From assembly GCF_030144855.1 (NCBI RefSeq), contig NC_082732.1, positions 22,382,001 through 22,446,000 of the forward strand: DNA of 64,000 bases, written 5' to 3'. Under the pieces are notes generated by a model. It saw only the letters and a list, made by a program, of their open reading frames with translations. It did no database searches and had not been told where the DNA came from. The DNA comes from Hypanus sabinus (taxonomy: Eukaryota). The translations under genes and the position numbers were made by a program. Positions 1-10,349 of the stretch are shown here, piece by piece (the first letter of the stretch is position 1; the number at the start of each line of letters is the position of its first letter).

Positions 1-435
1 TCCTCACTTAGGCACTTCAAGTTGCCCAACGCTTACCATGTGATTCAATAAAACAGTTTCACCCTACTTGTGTTGTTGTTCCTGTTCTGCACATACATAA
101 CACTATCCATTATCAATCATAAATCTGTGATGTGCAACTGCTGAGATGTAACTGTACATGGTCAGTTCTGTTCATTCTGTACAAAACTGTACATGTAATG
201 GTTAATTCCTTTAAGGGCACTTTGAAAAGTGATCCAAATAGTAAATCAAGCAATTGTACTCTGACCAACAAACAGAAGTCAGCAATACCTGCTCATAGTT
301 TCTCACTCCAATCGAAAAAGTTCAGTAAGAAATAACTTTGCATAACACAGCTACAGGCAATGGGTAAAGCAGTATTATTCAGGATGTTGATTAACAAGGT
401 TAAAGAGAAACCCCCCTCTTTTACAGCACAGTAAC

Positions 436-604
436 CTGGAGCAGCTGGCTTCACAGGCTGTTGCATCACTGGTTCCTGTACACTGTGTGATCCTGGTGGT
501 GGGAGCAGTGTTGGTGTTTTAGCACCCGGAGGAGGTGGAAGTAGACCTATTCCACTACTCGGTAGACGAGGCTTCGTTGACGAGTTTTCCTTCTTCCGTA
601 CATT
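436..604 (-). CDS. NECAP2: NECAP2 coding exon 6 (NVRKKENSSTKPRLPSSGIGLLPPPPGAKTPTLLPPPG...)
   Basis: Acceptor tttactttaag, conserved LLPPPPG motif, in phase with exon 5. The donor (CAG|gttact) is weak, so the 3' boundary is less certain. The remaining exons (WVQF end) lie outside the window. Confidence 0.85.
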
Positions 605-1456
605 CTTAAAGTAAAATTGATTGCAATTAGCTTTAGTTAAACTAAAGTCTTATTTCCAATAAAATACCAACTTTTTGCTTCCTGTCACATAGAAATGAAT
701 GGCTTATAATGGAACATTGTGCCTTTGTTATCAACAGTCTTCCCATGAGAGCTACTGACTAATCATAGACAATCATACTGTCCTCAAGCGTGCATTTTTC
801 AATGGGTCTCTGAATAATAATAACTGTTTTCTAATTTTCCTTCTGCTTGGCCCAAAATAAAATGCAGTACTTATTCTGATAACCTACTGAGTGCACTAAC
901 TCAGTATAGATCAAAGTCAAATATTTATCGAAACATTTTACCAAAGACATTTAATTCCCATTCCTCAAGTGCAAACATACCCTACTTAATACATTTATAC
1001 TGGCTACCAGCAACTACAACGGATTTAGAAAAGAGAATATCACAATATGGTCAGAAATAATTTATATAGAGATTGGAATTTTTACTTGTATTATAAAACT
1101 ATTTTCATGCTGGATCAAAATTTTAAAATGAAGTCCAATCTACCATCGTCCAAATCTCAATAATCCACACATACACACAGGAGTCCGTTCAAGGGCCAAC
1201 TCTAACTGGTCCACTGTCCTCCTCAGGCCCAACTCCAATTGGTCCATTTTTCTAGTTCTTGAACTGTCCAAAGCCCAACTTTAAAAAATGACTGAGAATT
1301 ACTAAAATATGGCAGCTATTAGCCTATATCATGTATTGGCTTTTGTATGCAGATGTTTCTTCATATCCAATTTAAATTTATACTTTAACTTCAAAGTATA
1401 CCATTTGTCTTATTTTAAATATTCATAATTATTGGAATTTGATTTCTGTGCCTCAC

Positions 1457-1565
1457 CCCAATATTTAGCTTGATGGTCTGTCCATCCTTAAATCCCAAGT
1501 CCAATTTAGGTCCAGAGTCTGGGTTCTGAGCTTGTTTGGCAAGTTCATTCTGCTGCTTAACCCAT
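1457..1565 (-). CDS. NECAP2: NECAP2 coding exon 5 ([36 protein letters not shown])
   Basis: ttttgcag acceptor, gtgagg donor, 109 bp. Translation closely matches the NECAP2 Ex region. Confidence 0.95.
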
Positions 1566-1957
1566 CTGCAAAACAGAAGGAAAATACAGTCTGTTACTCA
1601 GGAACATTTTCAAACTAAAATGAAAGTTAAACCTTGAAACAAAAAAGCTATAGGAAAGACAACACTGTCACTCCTTTCCTAAATGTTGATTTAAAGTTAA
1701 AAACATTTACTTAATGTCATCTTTATTTCCTAGTTGTAAATGAAGTCATATTCATCTATTTCAACCTATCTAATTATCAAGTACTTTGGCAAAACTGACT
1801 AGAAATTATAAAATGATAGTAAGAAATACTGAAACATGAGCTTTCTTCATTTGTTAAGACAATTTCTTCTATAGACTACATCTGGAAATTTTCTAATCTC
1901 AATGTTTTAATTTCAATCAAACAAACCCTATTGCAATAGTAATGGCACAAAACTTAC

Positions 1958-2039
1958 TTGAAGTGATCCTGGAGACTGACGTTAAAATCAAAAGCATCAC
2001 CACGATCTACAAATCCGATGCCAATGAATGCACGTCGCC
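1958..2039 (-). CDS. NECAP2: NECAP2 coding exon 4 ([27 protein letters not shown])
   Basis: tattcag acceptor, gtaagt donor, 82 bp. C-terminal part of the PHear domain. Confidence 0.96.
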
Positions 2040-2287
2040 CTGAATAATGAGACAAGTTTGTCAAATGATAGTGGATTTTATAAATCTGTTTTAAACAGTA
2101 CAAAATGTATTTTCTTTGCACCAGGGGCAACTTAAACTAAATAACTTTCAGAATAGAAGTACAAATGGGTGGGGCCATTTTGGCCAGGAGAACATAGACC
2201 CATTGGTTAATGGTAAGGGTCTATAGCATAAAAAAGGTTGGCAGCCCTTGCTTTAGCCCCTCAAATCTAACTTAACATTCAACTGCA

Positions 2288-2475
2288 AACACAAGGAAAT
2301 CTGCAGATGCTGGAAATTCAAGCAACACACACACAAAATGCTGGTGGAACGCAGCAGGCCAGCCAGCATCTATAGGAATAAGTACGAAGGGTCTCGGCCC
2401 GAAATGTTGACTGTACTTCCCTATAGATGCTGCCTGGCTTGCTGCGTTCCACCAGCATTTTGTGTGTGTTGCTTC
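2288..2475. mobile_element. Penelope-derived fold-back mini-element
   Basis: About 60-bp inverted arms. 14-bp TSD AACATTCAACTGCA at 2274-2287 and 2476-2489. Confidence 0.85.
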
Positions 2476-2998
2476 AACATTCAACTGCACTTTTACCTAC
2501 CATTGATTGCTCCATGTCAATTCATTTCCAGTAACCTCTGCCAGTTCCACAGTTCCACTGTCATTTATCAATGCTTTTTGATTTCACTCAACCTAGCTCA
2601 AATTTTTAAATTATACTTCCTATTCTGTGATTACACAGCTGAGGAAACTTTCTTTGAACAATGCTACAAAATTCCTGAGCTACCATAACTGACACTCTGA
2701 TACCCGTTATACTTCCTGTCATTCAACACTTAATACTATCAAACATTAGTAACACACTTGTTACAAACATGTTAAACACAGTGATCAAATTATTCCTCAA
2801 TCTTATTATAATCATGAAATTTGCAGTTTTCGAAGTTGCCAGTGGCACAACACAAATTAAAGGGTGCATCCAAGAGACATGATTGTACAAAGTACAAGAG
2901 TTGAATAGGAATCATATTTTATGATTTCCTTTGATGGACGTTTGGCAACTGCAAGCATCATAAGTTAAAATGGTCTTAATTATAATTTGTTTCTGGAT

Positions 2999-3890
2999 AC
3001 AAGTTTGCTGACAACACCACTGTCGCAGGCAGAATCAAAGGTGGTGATGAGTCAGCATATAGAAGGGAGATTGAAAATCTGGCTGTGGTGCCACAATAGC
3101 AACCTCTCACTCAATGTCAGCAAGACTAAGGAACTGACTTTAAATTCCTCAGTGTTATTATTTCAGAGGCCCTGTCCTGGGCCCAACACGCAAGTGCAAT
3201 TATGAAGAAAGCATGGCAGCGCCTTTACTTCCTTTAGAGTGCGAAGGTTCACCATAACACCTAAAACTTCTACAGATGAGTAGAGGAGAGTATATTGACT
3301 GGCTGCATCATAGCCTGGTATGGAAACGCCAATGCCCTTTAACAGAAAATCCTCCAAAAAGTAGAGGATACAGCTCAGTCCATCACGAGTGAAGCCCACC
3401 CCACCATTGAGCACATCTACACGAAACAGTGTTGCAGGAAAGCAGCATCCATCAGGGACCCCCCCCCCCCGCCCCCAAAACACCACCCAGGACATTGCTT
3501 CTTCTGAGGAAGGTAGTACAGCAGCCTCAAGACTCACACCATCAGTTTCAGGAACAGTTATTACCCCTCAGCCACCAGGCTTGTGAACCAAAAAAAAGAT
3601 AGCTTCACTTCATTTGCCCCATCATTAAAATGTTGGACTCACTTTCAAGGGCTCTTCATCTCATGTCTTTGATATTTATTGCTTATACATATTTTTACTA
3701 TTTCTTTCTTTTTTATTTGAACAGTTTGTGGCTTTTTACAGTTTGTCTGCCCTGGTGCAGTCTTTCATTGATTCTGTTATGGTTATTATTTAATTATGGA
3801 TTATTAAATATGCTCATAAGAAAATGAAAATGAATCTCAGGGTTGTATATGGTGGCATATACATACTTTGATAATAAATTTATTTTGAAC
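2999..3890 (+). mobile_element. Rex1/Babar-like LINE 3' fragment
   Basis: KFADNTT and NLSLNVSKTKEL motifs, tail aataaatttattttgaacttg. Confidence 0.8.
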
Positions 3891-4479
3891 TTGTGAATAG
3901 ATCCACCATTCTGTGTTGCGTGATAAACTACGGGTTAGCCCACTCTTGTAGATAAAGTTTATTGACCGAAATCTGATAAGTGATTATGGTAAGTGCTTGA
4001 ATCAGAATTAGGTTTATTATCACTGACATTTGTTGTGAGATTTGCTGTTCTGTGGTCCTGAATTGGGAGGGGTGGGTTCCTGAATGATGGATGCCACCTA
4101 TTTGAAGCACCACCTTTTGAAGGTGTCCTCTATGCTGGGGAGGCTAATGCCCATGATGGAGCTGGCTGAGTTTACAATCTTCTGCAGTTTTTTTCCAATC
4201 CTCTGCACTGGCCCTTCCATACCACATAGGGACAGGAGAACGGATGTTAATGAAGGCAACCATTTGTTACAGGTCAGTCTCTTAAGTCTCCGCACACTCT
4301 TCAGGAGTTTATTAGAACTTAACTGTTAGCTCCTTCAAAAAAACCATCCTCAAACACAAAGTGGAAGCATTTATTGTGGATCGCAAAGGTTAGTTCTATT
4401 CAAAGCTCACTGAACAATTAATTAGCACCTGAGGCAAGATCTTGACAGGAACATTGTTTTACAGGAGTTAAATCATGTT

Positions 4480-5520
4480 TGACAAATATAAACAAATCCT
4501 TTGATGATGTGACAGGAAGAGTTGATTGAGGAGAACCTGTAGGCATAGTATACTTAAATTTCAACAAAATGCCATACAAGAGATTGGTGCACCAAATAAG
4601 AGCTCAAGGCACTGGATAAAGTTTGTTAACATAGTCTGAAAGAGTCCTTTTATGTCCAAGTGCTCTAGGTATTGGCTTTTTGGCCCTTAGTTGCCTACCA
4701 TTTACATTAATGACCTGAAGGCAACAAAACACTAGGTTTCCAGGTATGCTGATGATATGAAAATAGGTTGAAGGGGGTATATCATGCTGAGGACATTGCA
4801 ATTCTGCAATGAAAGATAGACAGATTAGGTGAAAATTAGGCAAATGGAGCTTATTATGGAAAAGTGTTAGAACATGCAGTTCTGCAAGAGGAGTCAGAGA
4901 GAGACAGAGCAATGTTTAGAGGGATCTAGGTGTTGAAGCACATGAACCACAAAAATGAGCAGGCACATCCAAAAAGCAGAGAAAGTTTTGTTACTGTGAT
5001 ATGGTGTATTGGCAAGCCCACATCTAGAATACTATGCACAATTCTGGTGGCTTCACTTCAAAACAGGATATAATAAAACTAGAGTCAGCTCAAACGGAAA
5101 TTCACCAGACGAATTCCTCAGATGAAAGGGCCACCTTATCAAGAATCTACTATATACTTCATGGAGGTTAAAAGAATGTAAGATGACCTTGCCCAAGCAC
5201 TGAAGGTCCTAAAGGGGCTTCACAGTGTAGATGCTAATATGTTTTTACTGGTGTGAGACAGACCTACAAAAAAATTCACTGAAAACTGAGTTACATAAAA
5301 AAATTGTCAGACAATAATGAATATCTGGAATTCTTTGCCTAAGGGTAGTGGACAAGTCACTAAATATATTTAACACAGAGACAAATAAATATCTGGAAGA
5401 CTAGAGAATTGAGAATTATGGGGAAATAGCAGAAATGAGCTCAGGATGCATAGATCAGCCATGATTAATTGAATGGAAGAGCATAGTGGCTCATTCCTGT
5501 TCCTATATTACTATGCTCCT
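4480..5520 (+). mobile_element. Decayed CR1 LINE fragment
   Basis: Degenerate ORF2 motifs (ccacatctagaatactatgcacaattctgg) and CR1-type 3' UTR. Boundaries approximate. Confidence 0.7.
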
Positions 5521-5785
5521 GTGCACCAGCTCAGGTAAGTGGTACATTCATCAGGTACAATTATAATGGAAGGTGTTAGACATATAGGTATATCATTAGT
5601 ATTTTCAACCTCTGGCAATCAAAGTTGCATAATTTAATGAAACATTCCAGAGCAGTTTGGAAAAAATAAGTAAGAATCAACATGCAGAACAACTGCAATC
5701 AAAAAAAAAGTCATGCAAGTGCTGACTCTTTAGTAGTGTAGTAAAAAATAAGAGATTCAGACACAAGCTCTCTAGACATAATTAC

Positions 5786-5890
5786 CATTTCCATCCTCGA
5801 TGCAAATTACAAAGTATCTGCTGGAGTCAATAACACTCTCCACTGCAATGCCAGGAAACTGATCTACTGGAGATTGAGCAAACAGCTCTC
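5786..5890 (-). CDS. NECAP2: NECAP2 coding exon 3 ([35 protein letters not shown])
   Basis: ttactcag acceptor, gtaatt donor, 105 bp. PHear domain. Confidence 0.96.
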
Positions 5891-6156
5891 CTGAGTAAGA
5901 ACGAAACAACAAAGGAAGGTTAAGAGTCATTTTGGCCAGTTTATCAGCAATAACTCTCATCACTCAAACTCAGCTTCAACAGTAGCAAAGGCGCATAAAC
6001 AATGTAAAGTCATAAGCATTGTAGTAACTTGTAATTGGTGCATTAATCATGTGGCTGCTTGATATTGAGGATCAAGCACTCATGCACTGCATGTTAAAAT
6101 CAGTCACCATATTGCTGCTCAGTCAGATTTGGCTAGGACTGAACTCTGGTCAAGAT

Positions 6157-7060
6157 GGCACACTGGGTGGCAGTGTGACATGTGATGAGGATGTTAGGAG
6201 AATTCAGGGTGACTTGGATAGGCTGGGTGAGTGGGCAGATACTTGGCAGATGACGTTTAATGTGAATAAGTGTGAGGTTATCCACTTTGGGAGTAAGAAC
6301 AGGAAGGCAGATTATTATCTGAACGGTGTAGAGTTAGGTAAGGGAGAAATACAAAGAGATCTAGGAGTCCTTGTTCATCAGTCACTGAAGGTGAATGAGC
6401 AAGTGCAGCAGGCAGTGAAGACTGCTAATGGAATGTTGGCCTTTATTACAAAGGGAATTGAGTACAAGAGCAAGAAAATCCTCTTGCATTTGTACAGAGC
6501 CCTGGTGAGACCACACCTGGAGTATTGTGTACAGTTTTGGTCTCCAGGGTTAAGGGACATCCTGGCTGTAGAGGAAGTGCAGCGTAGATTCATGAGGTTA
6601 ATTCCTGGGATGTCTTACGCAGAGAGGTTAGAGAGACTGGGCTTGTATACGCTGGAATTAAGGAGATTGAGAGAGGATCTGATTGAAACATATAAGATTA
6701 TTAAGGGATTGGACAAGATAGAGGCAGGAAATATGTTCCAGATGCTGGGAGAGTCCAGTACCAGAGGGCATGGTTTGAGAATAAGGGGTAGGTCATTTAG
6801 GACAGAGTTAAGGAAAAACTTCTTCTCCCAGAGAGTTGTGGGGGTCTGGAATGCACTGCCTCAGAAGGTAGGGGAGGCCAATTCTCTGGATGCTTTCAAG
6901 GAGGAGCTAGATAGGTATCTTATGGATAGGGGAATCAAGGGATACGGGGACAAGGCAGGAACCGGGTATTGATGGTAGTTGATCAGCTGAGATCTCAAGG
7001 TGGCGGTGCGGGCTCGAGGGGCCGAGTGGTCTGCTTCTGTGCCTATTGTCTATTGTATTG
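6157..7060 (+). mobile_element. 5'-truncated CR1 LINE (ORF2 C-terminus plus 3' UTR), young
   Basis: Open frame with WQMTFNVNKCEV, LVRPHLEYCVQFWSP and FFSQRVV. Ends in short ctattgt repeats. Confidence 0.92.
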
Positions 7061-7825
7061 TGATGCCTGACATTGTGACTCAGTCTTAGTTGTTTAGTAT
7101 TAGGTTCATATGGATGGTTTTGGGGACAGCATGGTGAGTTAGGGGTCAGGTTAGGGTTTCGGGAGTTTGCGGTCAAGGGCAAACAAATGAAGTTTCCACT
7201 TCAAATCCAGACTGAAGTGCTCTGCGGTCGAATAGCCAGCGATCCCTGAAGTTGTGTCCACAGGCACTGAGGTTGGAGGTCTGGATGGCAGTGAGTCCCA
7301 GATATGGGCAAGAGTCATGAGGGCAGTGACCTTCCCAACCCTCGCAGGACATCTGGATAAGAGGTCCAAATGAGCTTGGAGATTGAGGCTTGAAGGTCAA
7401 ACCCAGCATAGTCTGAAGAGCAAGGTTGAAGGTTGAAGACCAGATTCCAGAGGTAGAATCTCCAAAGCTTTTGGCCCAAGGAACAAGAGTCTGAAAATCT
7501 GGGGACAAGCACCAGAGGCCCGGAGGTGGCCTGTCCTAGGGTTGGTGCCCTGTCTGTGTTGTGAATGGGTGGGGTGGGAGCGATGGGAAGGAGGATTTTT
7601 GCTTACTGTCGTTCTCTTGTTTTGTTGTTGCTGCTGCTGCTTGTGTTGGTCTACAGACCATTACGGGCATCCTACGTTGATGCCAGAATCTGTGACACTT
7701 GCAAGCTGCCCCAACATACCTTTGGGTGTGCTTGTTATGAACATAAACGGCACATTTCACTGTATGTGTCGATGCACATTTGATAATTAAATCAGAATCT
7801 GATCCACCCTTATTAATTAATTAGT

Positions 7826-8210
7826 GTAAGGGTTTTGAGAAGTGACTTAATAGAGGTGTACAAGGTGGTAAGAGGCATCGATCGAGTAGATATCCAGAGA
7901 CATTTCCCCATGGTGGAAATGGCTAATACAAGGGAACATAATTTTAAGGAAATTCAAGTATAGGGAGGATGTCAGAAGTAACTTTTATTTTTTAACTGTG
8001 AGTGGTAGGTGTACGGAACACCCCACCAAGGGTGATGGTAGAGGTAGATACATTAGGGACATTTGAAAAAAAACTCTTAGATAGGCACAGAGATGAGAGA
8101 AAAATGGAGGATTATGCAGGAGGGAAGGGCTAGATAGATCTCAGAATAGGTTACAGGGCTGACACAAACATTGTGGACCAAAGGGACTGTACTGTAGCAT
8201 TCTGTTTCTA
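7826..8210 (+). mobile_element. CR1 LINE 3' fragment
   Basis: gacttaatagaggtgtacaag (DLIEVYK) through the 3' UTR. Confidence 0.75.
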
Positions 8211-8424
8211 ATTTTCCTCTTGGGGTGTAATGTGGATAGGAGATTCCATCAACCTATCCGAAGGAGAGAGTGTACTTTACTGATAGCACATTCCTTTCCC
8301 AATGTGGTTGAAGGTCCATCGCATTCCTGAATCTTGAGCACAAAATACACAAGCTTTCCTTGAGTGATTCATTTTGGAAATCTCTTTAATCTGAATGAAA
8401 AGATGATGTTTCATGGTGTCTTTT

Positions 8425-8475
8425 TAAAGAACATGAAAAGTTGGGTAAAGAACATGAAAAGTTGGGTAAAGAACA
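8425..8475. repeat. Tandem duplication of 21-bp unit TAAAGAACATGAAAAGTTGGG (about 2.4 copies)
   Basis: Seen directly. Confidence 0.9.
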
Positions 8476-9127
8476 TAGCCACTGATATTTCATGTTTGAT
8501 CATTTAATCTCCCCACAATTCCTTTTTCAGAGATAATGACTACACTTACGACTAATAGGATATTGCCCAGCCTAAACTGGCTGTTGCATTTCTGACAGTG
8601 ACCATACAAAGCATAACTATATTGACTAAAATATAGCCAGAGCCACAAAGCATGGAAATAGGCCCTGAAGCCCAACATGTCAATTCCCATCTAAAATAAT
8701 CCTGTTTTCCTGTGCTTGGCCCATAATCCTTCTAAACCCTCCCAATCCAGATATCTGTCCAAGTTCTTTTTAAAAGGTTGTTAAAAACGTGCCTGCCTTG
8801 GCCACTTCCAAAAGCATTTCATTTTATATACTTACCATCCTCTGGACAAAAATGTTGACCATAGGTTCCTATTATCTCCCCTCTCACCTTAAAATATGTC
8901 CTCTTGCTCTTCACTCCCTAATCCTTTGAAAAAGACTATGTGTATTCACTTTAATGTAAGCCACTCAATTTTATATGCCCCTATAAAATCACTCCTCATG
9001 GACAATGAATACAGTTCCAACCTGTTCAACCTTCCTCCATAACTCAGTCCCTCAAGTTCCAGCAACATCCTCGTAAATCTCCTCTGCATTCCTTCCAGCT
9101 TAATCGCCAAACTGAACACAATATTCC

Positions 9128-9287
9128 TCTTACTATCTTTCCTTTCGGTTAGTCCTGACGAAGGGTCTCGGCCCGAAACGTCGACATCGCTTCTCCCTAT
9201 AGATGCTGCCTGGCCTGCTGCGTTCCACCAGCATTTTGTGTGTGTTGTTGTTTGAACTTCCGGCATCTGCAGATTTCCTCATGTTTG
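9128..9287 (+). mobile_element. Penelope-derived mini-element with intact hammerhead motif
   Basis: 11-bp TSD CACAATATTCC at 9117-9127 and 9288-9298. Homologous to the terminal region at 18390-18520. Confidence 0.85.
9151..9186 (+). ncRNA. Minimal type I hammerhead ribozyme motif
   Basis: GTC-CTGACGA-A-GGG(tctcgg)CCC-GAAA-CG-TC-GAC: conserved core, stem II, short stem I, palindromic ACGT in place of stem III. Activity untested. Confidence 0.65.
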
Positions 9288-10248
9288 CACAATATTCCAA
9301 ATTGGTCTCACGAACATCTTGTTCAAATGCAACAAAACATTCCAACTTCTACACTCAATGCCCTGACTGATGAAGGCCAGTGCACCAAAAGCTGCCTTCA
9401 CTACTCTGTGTATCTGTGATGACACTTTCAAGGAAACATGTATTTGTACTCCTAAGTCCCTCTGTTCTACAACACTCCCCAAGGCCCTACCATTCACTGT
9501 CCAAGTCCTACCCTCATTTTTCTTCCCAAAATGCAACTCCTCACTCTTATCTAAATCCAATTTGCCATTCCTCAGCTCACTCACCCAATTGAACCAAGAC
9601 TCCTTTGTAATTTGTGACAGCCGTCTTCACTGTCACCACCTATTTTAGTGTCAGCTGCAAACTTTCTAACCACATCTTTGACATTCTCAAAGCATGTACA
9701 AGGCCAGTGGGGAGCACCATTAGTCACGGGCCTCCATCTGAAAGGCTACCTTTCACCATCACCCTCTGCTTTCTACCATCAAGCCAATTGTATATCCAAT
9801 TAGATAAGCGCTCTCTAGATCTCATGCAATCTAATTTTCCACAGCCTTAGTGAAGTCCATGTGGACCACATTCTTTGCCCAACTTTTCATGTTCTTTAAA
9901 AAGACACAGTGAAACATCAATTTTTCGTGCAGATTAAAGAGATTTCTAAAATGAATCACTTCTTGGTAACTTCTTCAAAAAAAAATTCAATCAAATTTGT
10001 TAGATGTGATCTCTCATACTCCAAGCCATGCTGACCATCCCTAATCAATCCGTCTTTCCAAACATGTATATTTTAGTCCCTCAGAATTCCCTCTGGTAAC
10101 TTATTTACCACAGATGTTGAGCTTAATGGTTTATAGTTCAGAAGTTAAAATTTTCTTTCAAAATAAGGACTCAGAGCCACAATTCTTCTCTTGAATGTAA
10201 CAATGATCAACATGGAGGCAACCTGACTTATTGTTTCAAGGAAAATAC

Positions 10249-10349
10249 CTGAATTTTTGTCTTCTAACTTAATGTAAGCAGTGTTTCCTTTTGCTGTTAT
10301 CCGGAGTCGTCCAGTCCAGTCAGGTTGATCTAACTTCCAATCTGCAGCT
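10249..10349 (-). CDS. NECAP2: NECAP2 coding exon 2 ([34 protein letters not shown])
   Basis: cctattcag acceptor, gtattt donor, 101 bp, in phase with exons 1 and 3. Confidence 0.96.

Larger units (their letters stand above)
8640..10135 (-). mobile_element. CR1 LINE fragment, interrupted by a Penelope-derived mini-element and an inverted 90-bp insert
   Basis: ORF-track fragments EQRDLGVQIHVSLKV and MQRRFTRMLLELEGLSY. Boundaries approximate. Confidence 0.85.

Noticed and set aside
1193-1285. Three imperfect gcccaactc(c/t)aa..ggtcca units with spacers, superficially array-like
   Set aside because: Only 2-3 degenerate units in a eukaryotic intron, with no cas genes. Ordinary local duplication, not CRISPR.
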